Positions 1 to 8,778 of a stretch of DNA of 64,000 nucleotides are shown here, in pieces (positions within the stretch are counted from its first letter, which is position 1; every line of letters starts with the position of its first letter). The stretch is taken from positions 40,845 through 104,844 of the forward strand of contig DAOUKG010000023.1 of the NCBI GenBank assembly GCA_034421575.1, read 5' to 3'. The translations under genes were made by a program, and so were the position numbers. The DNA is from Dehalococcoidia bacterium (GTDB lineage: Bacteria; Chloroflexota; Dehalococcoidia; Lucifugimonadales; VXLM01). The notes below the pieces were generated by a model that saw nothing but the letters and a program-made list of their open reading frames with translations, was not told the DNA's origin and ran no database searches.

Positions 1-1091
1 ACTCCGAGCGTCGCGTCAGGCAGGAGATCGGCGACCTTCCCGACGGCGTGTACGACTTCACCCACTACATCGACGGCGACAACATCGAGACCGGCGACGT
101 CGTCATCAACCTCAGCATGGTCATCGAGGGCGACGGCATCACCGTCGACTTCACCGGCTCGTCGCCGCAGGTCAAGGCCGGCATCAACTCGCCCTTCCCC
201 TTCACCGAGTCGTCGGTCTGGGGCGGCATACGCCAGATCATGGACCCCGACATCCCAAACTCCTCCGGCTCCCACCATCCCATCAAGGTCACCTCCCCGG
301 AGGCCACCGTCGTCAACCCCGTCCTTCCCGCTCCATGCGGCGCGCGGGGCATCGTCGGCTACCGCATCATGGAGGCCGTGTGGGGGGCGCTCTCCAAGGC
401 AGTCCCCGACCGCGTCCCTGCCGACGGCGAGGGTGGGAACACCATCATCAGCATCGGCGGATACGACTCTATGCGAAAACCCTTCGCGTTCGTCGACCTG
501 TTCGCCGGAAGTCGCGGCGGCAGGCCGAACGGCGACGGCCCGCTTGGAACGCCTCACCCCGGCGGCAACAGCGCCAACACGCCCGTCGAGATCGCCGAGG
601 TCGAGACGCCCGTGCGCATCGAACGCTACGGCGCGGTTCCCGACTCTGCCGGGCCCGGCAAGTATCGCGGTGCCCCCTCCATCGTGCGAGACGTTCGCCT
701 GCTCGAAGACGAGGCGGTCCTCCAGCTCCGCTCCGACAAGCGACGAAACCGCGCCTTCGGACTGCACGGCGGCAAGCCCGGATCGTCCTCGTGGAACATC
801 GTGAACCCCGACCTGGAAGACGAGCACACCATCACCCCCATGGGAGTCGGCCGCATGAAGCGCGGCGACGTCATCCACCACGTCATGGCGAGCGGCGGCG
901 GCTGGGGCGACCCCTTTGAACGCGACCCGGAACTCGTCCTCCAAGACGTCCGCAACGGCATCTACACAGCCGACCACGTCCGCCGCGAGTTCGGCGTCGT
1001 CATCGACCCGGAATCGCTCGATATCGACCACGCCGCCACGACTACGCTGCGCCAAGACCCCCTCTCCCGTTCTGGGAGAGGGCTGGGGTGA
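1..1091 (+). CDS. Hydantoinase B/oxoprolinase family protein (HyuB-like), 5' end outside window
   Basis: Frame 3 is open from base 3 to the TGA at 1089-1091. The translation (DFTGSSPQVKAGINSPFPF...GARGIVGYRIMEAVWGAL...GGNTIISIGGYD...RRNRAFGLHGG...GGGWGDPFERDPELVLQDVRNGIYT) matches my memory of the hydantoinase_B family. The last ~12 codons and the stop lie inside a hairpin repeat. Confidence 0.85.
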   Translation, partial: SERRVRQEIGDLPDGVYDFTHYIDGDNIETGDVVINLSMVIEGDGITVDFTGSSPQVKAGINSPFPFTESSVWGGIRQIMDPDIPNSSGSHHPIKVTSPEATVVNPVLPAPCGARGIVGYRIMEAVWGALSKAVPDRVPADGEGGNTIISIGGYDSMRKPFAFVDLFAGSRGGRPNGDGPLGTPHPGGNSANTPVEIAEVETPVRIERYGAVPDSAGPGKYRGAPSIVRDVRLLEDEAVLQLRSDKRRNRAFGLHGGKPGSSSWNIVNPDLEDEHTITPMGVGRMKRGDVIHHVMASGGGWGDPFERDPELVLQDVRNGIYTADHVRREFGVVIDPESLDIDHAATTTLRQDPLSRSGRGLG

Positions 1092-1519
1092 GGGCAAATC
1101 CTCAGAACCCGCACTCCTTGCGCCCGCGACGGCGAGTCGCCTCTCCCATCGTGGGCTGACAGGGGTAGGCAAAACGGAATTACAGCCATGATCCGGCCCC
1201 GCCTCCCTGTCATTCCGAGCGAAGCGAGGAATCTAAAATGTTGTGCCACCGTCATGACATGTTTCCGGCTACGGAGCTTGGCTCGGAAAACGAGTATTTG
1301 AGATTCCTCACTGCGCTGCGCTGCGCTCGGAATATTTCATGAGGGTTGCCACCCTCACCACCTGGAATGAAAATGGGTTGGCACGAGCCAGCAGGATCCG
1401 GGGACTGGATTCCGGCCTCCGCCGGAATGACGGGTGGTGGTGGCGCGGTATCGGGGACGGGCAACCACAAGGGTTGCCCCTACGATAGGTTGGCCGGGGG
1501 TTATTTTCTGATGAATGAC
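1056..1519. repeat. Intergenic array of REP-like hairpin modules; its right part (1329-1519) is the left arm of a long inverted repeat
   Basis: Contains ctctcccgttctgggagagggctggggtgaggg, ctgacaggggtaggcaaaacgg..., gtcattccgagcgaagcgaggaatctaaaa and the composite gtaggggcaaccc... module. All of these recur elsewhere in the window. Confidence 0.9.
1329..1519 (-). repeat. Left arm of ~190-bp inverted repeat (partner 4522-4711)
   Basis: On manual alignment, the reverse complement of 1329-1519 equals 4522-4711. The ~155-nt core (gtaggggcaaccc...gaaatattcc) differs at one position. The spurious ORFs 1346..1615(+) and 4371..4694(-) give near-identical peptides. Confidence 0.95.
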
Positions 1520-1819
1520 AATCCGGGCAGATATTCCTTCTCGCTACGCAATACTTTCTACTTTCTTTTCCAACTCACCGACTCTGAACAATTACGGCTC
1601 GATAGAGTTTCTTGACAGGCTTTTTTCAACCTGCAAAACTTTCACCACCCACGATATCTGCAGCAAGAACCTAACCGAATATAGCGATACCAATTGTCAT
1701 AATTCGCTCTCCCGGGTTCCTTGTCGCGCTTGGCACGGCAGCAACAGAACCCTAACTCGCGGAGGAGAGGCAAACGCCTCGGCAGTTTCCAACGCAACTT
1801 GGCCGAGGAGGTGACCAAA

Positions 1820-2401
1820 ATGACCGGAAGATTCGATCTGGTTATTCTCCTAGTGCCCATAGCGATCATAGTGATCGCCGGTCTGTTCCTGCTGGTCGTC
1901 CGGTCCGGCGATGCCGATCAACCTACAGTAGGCCTCACGGCTTCGGCGGAGCTTGAGTCGCCCTCCGGCGATTCTATGGGAACCGTCACCTTCCGGCAGG
2001 CCGCCACCGGCGTCCTGGTCATGGCCGAGGTGAGGGGACTGGCCCCGGGCGGACATGCCTTCATCATTCACGAGGTCGGCTCATGTACTCCCGACTTCAG
2101 TACCGCAGGCGATCACTTCAACCCCGAAGAAACGGAGCACGGCTTCATCCATCCCACCTGGAAGCGCGGCGAAGCGACCGGAGCACACGGCGGCGACCTG
2201 CCCAATATCTACGCCGCCTCCGACGGCTCCGCCCGTGCCGACTTCTTTACCGAAGGCATCATCCTGAACAGTGGCCCCCGCCACTCCGTCTTCGACGCCG
2301 ACGGCTCCGCCATCATCGTGCACGAAAAGCCCGACGCCTATGGCGAACAGGAGTCCGACACCGGCTCCCGCGTAGCCTGCGGAGTCATCAGGCGCACGTA
2401 G
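1820..2401 (+). CDS. sodC: Cu/Zn superoxide dismutase, membrane-anchored or secreted
   Basis: GHAFIIHEVGSC...GDHFNP...GAHGGDLPNI...IIVHEKPD...GSRVACGVI are the Cu/Zn-SOD metal-ligand and disulfide motifs. The ATG at 1820 follows a GGAGGAGG RBS, and the N-terminus is a hydrophobic helix. The upstream ORF extension to 1721 is unlikely to be translated. Confidence 0.9.
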   Translation: MTGRFDLVILLVPIAIIVIAGLFLLVVRSGDADQPTVGLTASAELESPSGDSMGTVTFRQAATGVLVMAEVRGLAPGGHAFIIHEVGSCTPDFSTAGDHFNPEETEHGFIHPTWKRGEATGAHGGDLPNIYAASDGSARADFFTEGIILNSGPRHSVFDADGSAIIVHEKPDAYGEQESDTGSRVACGVIRRT

Positions 2402-2420
2402 AGGCCATCCCACAAGGACA

Positions 2421-2910
2421 CCCCGGCCAACCCCCGTAGGGGCAACCCTTGTGGTTGCCCGCCTTAACCCGCCCGCAATCTCTCCCCCGTCATGGGCTGA
2501 CAGGGGTAGGCAAAACGGGATTGCAGCTATGATCCGGCCACCGCAACCCTGTCATTCCGAGCGCAGCGAGGAATCTAAAATCCATAACCGCATGACCGGA
2601 CAGCCAGGGCCACGCTTCTCATCATGACCAACAGTCAAGCCGGGTAAGATTTTTTCCGTGTCAGCTTTTCGTTGTGACAGACATTTTAGATTCTTCGACT
2701 CCGCTGCGCTGCGCTCAGAATGACAGTGGTGGTGGGGTCGCTTGCAGGTCCATAGATAGTGGGTGGATGGTCAAATGCCTACTCCCTCTCCCGTTCGCGG
2801 GAGAGGGCTGGGGTGAGGGTATACCCCCCTCCGCGATCTCCGCGCCCTCAGCGGTGAATCCTCTTCCTCCTCCCCCGTTCATGCTGAGCCTGTCGAAGCA
2901 TGAGCCTGAA
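2421..2910. repeat. Intergenic array of REP-like hairpin modules, including a split palindromic element
   Basis: Same module set as 1056-1519, 44467-44734 and 62550-62937: gtaggggcaaccc, ctgacaggggtaggcaaaacgg, cattccgagcgcagcgaggaatctaaaa and its inverse, and ctctcccgttcgcgggagagggctggggtgaggg. Confidence 0.9.
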
Positions 2911-2928
2911 CTCCCCCCAATCCCCAAT

Positions 2929-2957
2929 TTGACGAACACGAACATATAATCTATCAT
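2929..2957 (+). promoter_or_regulatory. Sigma-70-like promoter candidate (TTGACG-17 nt-TATCAT) upstream of phyH copy 1
   Basis: TTGACG at 2929-2934, a 17-nt spacer, then TATCAT at 2952-2957. A homologous module lies on the minus strand at 26444-26472. Three phased TGTCCC repeats start 45 nt downstream in both copies. Confidence 0.45.
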
Positions 2958-3281
2958 AGCTCTACATCACCCACGACAACCATGTCGCCAAATACACCCA
3001 ATGTCCCATTTTGTCCCCCAATGTCCCTCAAGAAATACCCCCAACAACCCCCTCTCCCATCGCCGAAGAGACACGGGAAATGCAACAGAATGCAACAAAT
3101 TTAGGACTTCCATCCAACTCCCCCTCCGCGGTCTCTACGCCCTCAGCGGTGAATCCCCTTCCCCGTCGCGGGAGCGTGCTGGAGTGAGGGTGAACTCCCC
3201 TCTTGCCATTTCTTACGACTCCCAGCATACTCTTCACGGCGAAATCGGCCCCGTACACGAGAATCACCCGAGGTGCCAACC

Positions 3282-4160
3282 ATGACCCCGACCAAGGAAC
3301 AAATCGCCTTCTTCGATACGTTCGGATTCATCAGGTTCTCAGGCGCGTTCAGGGCCGAAGCCGACCGCATCATCGAGGCCTTCGAGGGCGTGTGGACCTC
3401 TCACGGCGGGGGCCATAACGAGGAGACGCACGACTTCAAGCGCCGCTCGGCCATCCTCCCGTTCATCGACCAGAGCGAGTACCTGAGCAGCCTCATCGAT
3501 CACCCGCTGATCGACGGGTTCGCTTCCGCAGTGCTGGGACCCGATTACAACTACACGGCGAGCGACGGGAACTTCTACGTGGGCGACACCAACTGGCACT
3601 CGGATAACTTCGCCCAGAAATATATCAACATCAAGGTCGCCTTCTACCTCGACGCTGTCACCAGGGACACCGGCTGCCTGCGCGTGATTCCGGGCTCCCA
3701 CCGGCAGGGCGACCGCTTCGCCGATAGCGTGCATGAGGTCGTTCCCCAGTCCAGGGTCAACCATAATGAGGACCAATGGGGCGTGCACGGGAGCGAGGTG
3801 CCGGCGTACCCCATCGAGTCCGTCCCCGGCGACGTGCTCATCTTCAACCAGGCCATCAAGCACGGATCATGGGGCGGCAGCGACCGGCGGCGGATGTTCA
3901 CCATCAATTTCTCCGAGCGTTACCGCGACGAGGACATCGGCCAACTCCGCGAGGAGATCGGGGGACTCGCAAACTTCTGGTCCGAAAGCGCATACGGCGA
4001 GAAGATGGTCGAGACCGCCAGCCCTCAGCGCATGGTCCACCTCGAACAACGGATGGCGAACGACGATCACTTGCCCGCGCTCGTGGCAAAGGCCAAAGAG
4101 CAAATGCTCGAACCCTCCAGGGGCGGCGGCCAGTTCGACGTGGCCGGCAAGAAGATGTAG
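3282..4160 (+). CDS. Phytanoyl-CoA dioxygenase (PhyH) family Fe(II)/2-oxoglutarate oxygenase, copy 1
   Basis: N-terminal TKEQIAFFDTFGFIRF, WHSD and VIPGSHR motifs, and paralogy with 31458-32240 and 56056-56901. The ATG at 3282 lies 6 nt after GAGGTG. A GTG at 3273 is an alternative start. Confidence 0.8.
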   Translation: MTPTKEQIAFFDTFGFIRFSGAFRAEADRIIEAFEGVWTSHGGGHNEETHDFKRRSAILPFIDQSEYLSSLIDHPLIDGFASAVLGPDYNYTASDGNFYVGDTNWHSDNFAQKYINIKVAFYLDAVTRDTGCLRVIPGSHRQGDRFADSVHEVVPQSRVNHNEDQWGVHGSEVPAYPIESVPGDVLIFNQAIKHGSWGGSDRRRMFTINFSERYRDEDIGQLREEIGGLANFWSESAYGEKMVETASPQRMVHLEQRMANDDHLPALVAKAKEQMLEPSRGGGQFDVAGKKM

Positions 4161-4211
4161 CTCGCCGTCCGTTTCTCCCACCGGAGGGCTGTCAGGGGTA
4201 GGTAGTCCAAA

Positions 4212-4521
4212 GTCGTCATTCCGGCGAAGGAACGTCACCCCGTACCCCGATACGGGGCCGGAATCCAGGGGTGGAGTTGTCCTTCGACACGCTCAGGACG
4301 AACGATTTGTTAGTTTGCCTACCCGTCTGTCTCCCGTTCGTGGGCTGACAGGGGTAGGTAATCCCAGTCGTCATTCCGGCGAAGGAACGTCACCCCGTAC
4401 CCCGATACGGGGCCGGAATCCAGAGGTGGAGTTGTCCTTCGACACGCTCAGGACGAACGATTTGTTGGTTTGCCTACCCGTTTCTCCCCCACCGGAGGGC
4501 GGGGATAGGTAGTCCAAAGCC
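4212..4521 (+). repeat. Tandem direct repeat, 155-bp unit x2
   Basis: gtcgtcattccggcgaaggaacgtcaccccgtaccccgatacggggccggaatccag... starts at 4212 and again at 4367. A third gtcatt start at 4522 opens the next module. Confidence 0.9.
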
Positions 4522-4711
4522 GTCATTGCTACGAAAATAACCCCCGGCCACCCGTCGTAGGGGCAACCCTTGTGGTTGCCCGTCCCCGATACCGCGCCAC
4601 CACCACCCGTCATTCCGGCGGAGGCCGGAATCCAGTCCCCGGATCCTACTGGCTCGTGCCAACCCATTTTCATTCCAGGTGGTGAGGGTGGCAACCCTCA
4701 TGAAATATTCC
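4522..4711 (+). repeat. Right arm of ~190-bp inverted repeat (partner 1329-1519)
   Basis: See 1329-1519. Confidence 0.95.
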
Positions 4712-4939
4712 GGCGAAGGCCGGAATCCAGAGGTGGAGTTGTCCTTCGACAGGCTCAGGACGAACGTATTTTCTCGCAGCCGCACAACAACCCTGCACTG
4801 CCTCGCGCACGGCGTGCAACGCTGCTCAGGACGAGCGTCTATTGGTTTGCCTACCCGTCTCTCCCCCACCTGGACGGCGGGGGAGAGGTAAGTGCTAGTT
4901 CCGGTCTCTCCCCCATCGAACGAGGGAGATGCGAAGAAA

Positions 4940-6052
4940 CTACTCTGTCGGCCAGCCGTCGGGGATCTCGTTCGCCGCGAGCGCGGCTGAGATGGACGCG
5001 GCGGCCTCTGAGGTCACCCAGCTGCCCCATACGCCCTCGTTCCCGCTGAGCCACCAGAGAGCGGCGTCGTTCGCGGTGGCCTCTTCGTTCTCGCTCATCC
5101 ACTTGGCGACGCCCTTGTACTTGCCGATGTCGAATTCCCAGTTGCGGAGCATCGCGACCACGTCAGGCGCGCGCTCCAGCAGCGCCGGCTGCACGGCAAT
5201 GAGAATGGTGGCGTCCTCGTAGGCGCATGCCTTCGTGGTGAACCAGCATTCGTCGCTGTACGCGGGCTCTTCGAGCCTGACCAGGTCCAGCAGTAGCGGC
5301 GGGTCATTGGTGCCCCACTGGTAGCCGAGCCACGGCTCCTTTCTCTCATAGGCGCCGTAGAGATCGGCGTTCCCCGCCGCGCCGTCGCCAGGATTGACGA
5401 CGTGGACGTGGTCGGAGAGACCGTATCCCTCGATCTGCTTGGCGTTGACCTCTTCACAGGCCCAGCCGATGACGCAGGACACCAGGCGCGCCTTTCCGCC
5501 CGTCTCAGCGCTGGCGAACAGCGCCTTGAACTTGTCGTCCTTCAGGTCATCCACGCTGTCGAGATCGGGATGCTCTTCCTGGAGGTAGGCCGGGATCACG
5601 AATGCCGACTGCCAGTCCTTGCCAAGACTCTCGCCGATCGCGACGACCTCGCCTGCCGTCTGGGCTTCCATCCATGCCTCATCCTGGTTGGGCAGCCAGA
5701 TCTCCATGGTCACGTGGGTATCGCCATTCCGCAGTCCATTGAACAACGGGAGCGTGGCCCCGAAGAGAACGTCGGTCGGGTAGCCGTAGCCCTTTTCAAC
5801 GATGTACTGGGCGATTCGGTCCTGTACTTGCGCGCTCGTCCAGTTCAGGTCAGAGAAGACTATCGTCTCCTTGGGACCGGGAGTCGGGGTCACTTCGACT
5901 ATCGTCTCAACGACTTCCGGTTCAGCCGGTACGGCCGTGACCTCGACCACAACGGTCCTCTCGATGACCTCAGGGTCGGATGAGCAAGCTATTGATGCGA
6001 CCGTAACGGTCGCGAGCAAAGCTGCAACTAGAGCTAATATCTTGAGGTTCAT
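4940..6052 (-). CDS. proX: Glycine betaine/proline betaine ABC transporter substrate-binding lipoprotein
   Basis: Lipobox ...VASIAC, then a P/E/V/T-rich linker, then IVFSDLNWTSAQVQDRIAQYIVEKGYGYP...NGDTHVTMEIWLPNQ, typical of ProX/OpuAC-type binding proteins. It is the last gene of the proV-proW-proX order on the minus strand. Confidence 0.85.
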   Translation of the reverse strand: MNLKILALVAALLATVTVASIACSSDPEVIERTVVVEVTAVPAEPEVVETIVEVTPTPGPKETIVFSDLNWTSAQVQDRIAQYIVEKGYGYPTDVLFGATLPLFNGLRNGDTHVTMEIWLPNQDEAWMEAQTAGEVVAIGESLGKDWQSAFVIPAYLQEEHPDLDSVDDLKDDKFKALFASAETGGKARLVSCVIGWACEEVNAKQIEGYGLSDHVHVVNPGDGAAGNADLYGAYERKEPWLGYQWGTNDPPLLLDLVRLEEPAYSDECWFTTKACAYEDATILIAVQPALLERAPDVVAMLRNWEFDIGKYKGVAKWMSENEEATANDAALWWLSGNEGVWGSWVTSEAAASISAALAANEIPDGWPTE

Positions 6053-6131
6053 AATGCTGTTCCTTTCACTAATGGTCCTTGTTCGCTGTTCCTCCGGTGC
6101 GGTTGGCCCCTGAGGTCCGCATGACGATTGG

Positions 6132-6197
6132 CACGAAATAACCTCTGGCCAACCCGTCGTAGGGGCAACCCTCGTGGCTGCCCGTCCCCGATACCGG
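6132..6197. repeat. REP-like hairpin module between proW and proX
   Basis: gaaataacctctggccaacccgtcgtaggggcaaccctcgtggctgcccgtccccgataccgg is the same module as in 1441-1500, 4535-4600 and 62635-62700. Confidence 0.9.
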
Positions 6198-6373
6198 ACT
6201 TATAGCTCTTCGAGCCGCAAAGCATGTTGTGGCCGAGAGCCAGGGAACGTCCGACATGCCGGCAATCACAATGATTGCCCTTGCTCTATGATTTTGAGAT
6301 TCATCTCACATGCTCCTCTCGTTGTTCTCCCATCCCTCCTACTGGTGGGGCTGCTTGAAGGTTGATTGGGTAC

Positions 6374-7438
6374 CTATCCGACGCTGCGGGTATCCTCCTG
6401 TGCGCGTGCGACCGACTGCGTGAGGCGGTCGATGATGATCGCGAGGAACACGATGGAGATTCCGGCGATCGCGCCGTTGCCGGGCTGGTTCTTCTGCAAG
6501 GCGCGCAGCACGTTGTCTCCGAGACCGCCCGCGGCGACCATGCTCGCGATGGTCACCATCGCGAGGGCCATCATCGTGGTCTGATTGATGCCCGCCATGA
6601 TCGTTGGCAGGGCCATGGGAATCTGCACCTTGGTGAGCAGTTGAAACGGAGAGGAGCCGAACGAGCGCGCCGCCTCGACCACCTCGGTGGATACCTGCCT
6701 GATTCCAAGGTTCGTCAGTCGAATGGCGGGCGGCACCGCGTAGATGATGGTGGCGAATACTCCCGCCGGAGCTCCAAGACCGAAGAACAAGACCCCCGGC
6801 AGCAGGTAGACGAAGCTGGGCATGGTCTGCATCGCGTCCAGAATCGGACGAATGATGTTGTCGACGAGTCGATTGCGCGACGCGATCACCCCGATTGGCA
6901 GGCCGATGGCCACCGATATGACGACGGAAACGACCATGAGCGCGATGGTGTCGATGGTGTTCTCCCACAGACCCATGAACCCGAAGTACAGCATCGCTCC
7001 CGTCGTAAAGGCCATCAGCAGCCAGCGCCCCACGGCGTACGAGAGCATGGCGAGTCCGACGATGATGACCGGCCATGGCACCCATTTGAGCACGTCTTCG
7101 ATCTTCACAAGTGAGTAGGCGACCGCGGAGCTAAGCCCCCCAAACATCCAATCGGCCTCGCGCGTCAGCCAGTCCACTCGGTCGTCGATCCAGGTCCCGG
7201 TGACCTGTCGAACGGATTTCGAAAGCGTAACGGTGGTGCCCCCGTCTGTCGGAACCTCCGACGTCGACACCGTCGTGGGGAACCCCATCTCGGGGCCCCA
7301 TACCAGGAGGCACACCAGCAACACTGCGATTACGGCCACCAGGCCTGTCGCCCAACGGTAGAGGAGAGGCATGGCCGCCAGCCGACCACGCAGAGAAGTG
7401 GCCCCCGCTGCGGGACGAGCATCCTGAATCAGGGCCAT
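6374..7438 (-). CDS. proW: Glycine betaine/proline ABC transporter permease
   Basis: Multi-TM protein with a binding-protein-dependent transport signature region (EAARSFGSSPFQLLTKVQIPMALPTIMAGINQ). AAGGAGGA RBS before the ATG at 7438. Confidence 0.9.
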   Translation of the reverse strand: MALIQDARPAAGATSLRGRLAAMPLLYRWATGLVAVIAVLLVCLLVWGPEMGFPTTVSTSEVPTDGGTTVTLSKSVRQVTGTWIDDRVDWLTREADWMFGGLSSAVAYSLVKIEDVLKWVPWPVIIVGLAMLSYAVGRWLLMAFTTGAMLYFGFMGLWENTIDTIALMVVSVVISVAIGLPIGVIASRNRLVDNIIRPILDAMQTMPSFVYLLPGVLFFGLGAPAGVFATIIYAVPPAIRLTNLGIRQVSTEVVEAARSFGSSPFQLLTKVQIPMALPTIMAGINQTTMMALAMVTIASMVAAGGLGDNVLRALQKNQPGNGAIAGISIVFLAIIIDRLTQSVARAQEDTRSVG

Positions 7439-7584
7439 GTCTATCCTCCTTGCAGGGGCGATTCGTGAATCTCCCCTACAGCCATTTTCATGATTGGCAG
7501 GGGCTGGTCTGAAACCCGCCCTGTGGTTATAGAACGCAGACCCGCCCCGCTATGGTCGCCCTTCATTCCAAAGTTCTCGGTCTC

Positions 7585-8778
7585 CTATTCGTCGCTGGAC
7601 ATCCCTGAGAGCAGGACTCCTCTGCGAATCTCTCCCAGCAGGCTTCCATTCTCGGCAACTACGGCAATCGGGTGCCGGGACTTTGCCGCTATCGGGACGA
7701 TGTCGTCGATGTAGGTCTCCGGGGTGGTGGTTAGCGCCGGGGCGACCTCGGCTCCCTCCAGGGTCTGCTTGCGCTCGGCAGCCAGAACGTTCGCCCTCTC
7801 CTCGGTGAGAATTCCTCGAAGCGTGAAGTTGCGCGCTATCAGGAACATCGCGTCCCGGTCGTGCGTGTCCATAGTCCGCAGCGCCGCCCGGGGGCCCTGC
7901 CACTCGTACACCACTGCGTCCGGTTCCCGCATTATCGCCTTCGCCTGGATCACCTTCCCCCTCGACACGTCGCGCACGAACTCGGTCACATAGTCGTCGG
8001 TCGGCAGCGTCACGATCTCCTCGGGCGAACCCTCCTGGATGATCTCCCCGTCCCGCATGATGGCGATGCGGTCTCCCAGCTTGAGCGCCTCGTTCAGGTC
8101 GTGCGTAATGAAGACGATGGTCTTCTTCAGCTCCGACTGCAGTGAGACAAGCTCGTCCTGCATCTCCCTGCGTATCAGCGGGTCGAGGCCGCTGAATGGC
8201 TCGTCCATGAGCAGTACGTCGGGGTTCACCGCCAGGGCCCTGGCAAGGCCAACCCTCTGCTGCATCCCTCCGCTCATTTCGCTTGGATAATAGTCCTCCC
8301 ACCCCTTGAGCCCCACGGTCTCGATGGCCTTTTGCGCTTCCTTGTATCTGGCCGCCTTGTCCATGCCCCGGATCTCGAGCCCATATGCAACGTTGTCGAG
8401 CACCTGCCGGTGCGGCAGCAGCGCGTAGTGCTGGAACACCATGGCGACCTTGCTCCTGCGAAACTCCATGAGCTGGTCGGGCGTGTAGGACAGGATGTTC
8501 TCGCCGTCGAAGCGCACTTGCCCCTTCGTGGCCTCGATCAGCCTGATGAGGCAGCGGACCAGGGTCGACTTTCCACTCCCGGAGAGGCCCATGACCACGA
8601 AGATCTCTCCAGGGTCGACGGTGAAGGACACATCACGCAACCCAACGACGAGACCCAGTTCCTCTTGGATCTCAGCGCGACTCTTCGGGTCGTACTTCGA
8701 ACTCAGCGCGCGCTCAGGGTCGTTGCCAAAGACCTTCCAAACGCCGTCTACCTCTATTTGGTGTTCCGGCTCATCCAT
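7585..8778 (-). CDS. proV: Glycine betaine/proline ABC transporter ATP-binding protein with C-terminal CBS pair
   Basis: Walker A GLSGSGKST, ABC signature MSGGMQQRVGLARA, Walker B LLMDEPFSGLD, and a ~120-aa C-terminal extension as in ProV/OpuAA. Confidence 0.92.
   Translation of the reverse strand: MDEPEHQIEVDGVWKVFGNDPERALSSKYDPKSRAEIQEELGLVVGLRDVSFTVDPGEIFVVMGLSGSGKSTLVRCLIRLIEATKGQVRFDGENILSYTPDQLMEFRRSKVAMVFQHYALLPHRQVLDNVAYGLEIRGMDKAARYKEAQKAIETVGLKGWEDYYPSEMSGGMQQRVGLARALAVNPDVLLMDEPFSGLDPLIRREMQDELVSLQSELKKTIVFITHDLNEALKLGDRIAIMRDGEIIQEGSPEEIVTLPTDDYVTEFVRDVSRGKVIQAKAIMREPDAVVYEWQGPRAALRTMDTHDRDAMFLIARNFTLRGILTEERANVLAAERKQTLEGAEVAPALTTTPETYIDDIVPIAAKSRHPIAVVAENGSLLGEIRRGVLLSGMSSDE

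Larger units (their letters stand above)
4161..4939. repeat. 779-bp intergenic region made entirely of REP-like modules
   Basis: Contains a 155-bp unit in tandem (4212-4521), the right arm of the long inverted repeat (4522-4711), and further gtcattccggcg...ccggaatccag, ccttcgacaNgctcaggacgaacg and ctctccccc hairpin modules. Confidence 0.95.

Noticed and set aside
1346-1615. ORFs 1346..1615(+) and 4371..4694(-) encode almost identical peptides (MPPSPPGMKMGWHEP.GSGDWIPASAGMTGGGGAVSGTGNHKGCPYD...). They could look like a duplicated small gene.
   Set aside because: They lie wholly inside the inverted REP-like composite repeat. Related fragments occur at 6069..6269 and 62631..62879 in other contexts and frames. 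There is no RBS, and the 'protein' is low-complexity read-through of hairpins.
4161-4939. Possible CRISPR array, given the many short repeats with intervening sequence.
   Set aside because: The repeats are of several different types, in both orientations, strongly palindromic, of variable length and directly abutting. There is no uniform repeat-spacer periodicity and no cas genes.
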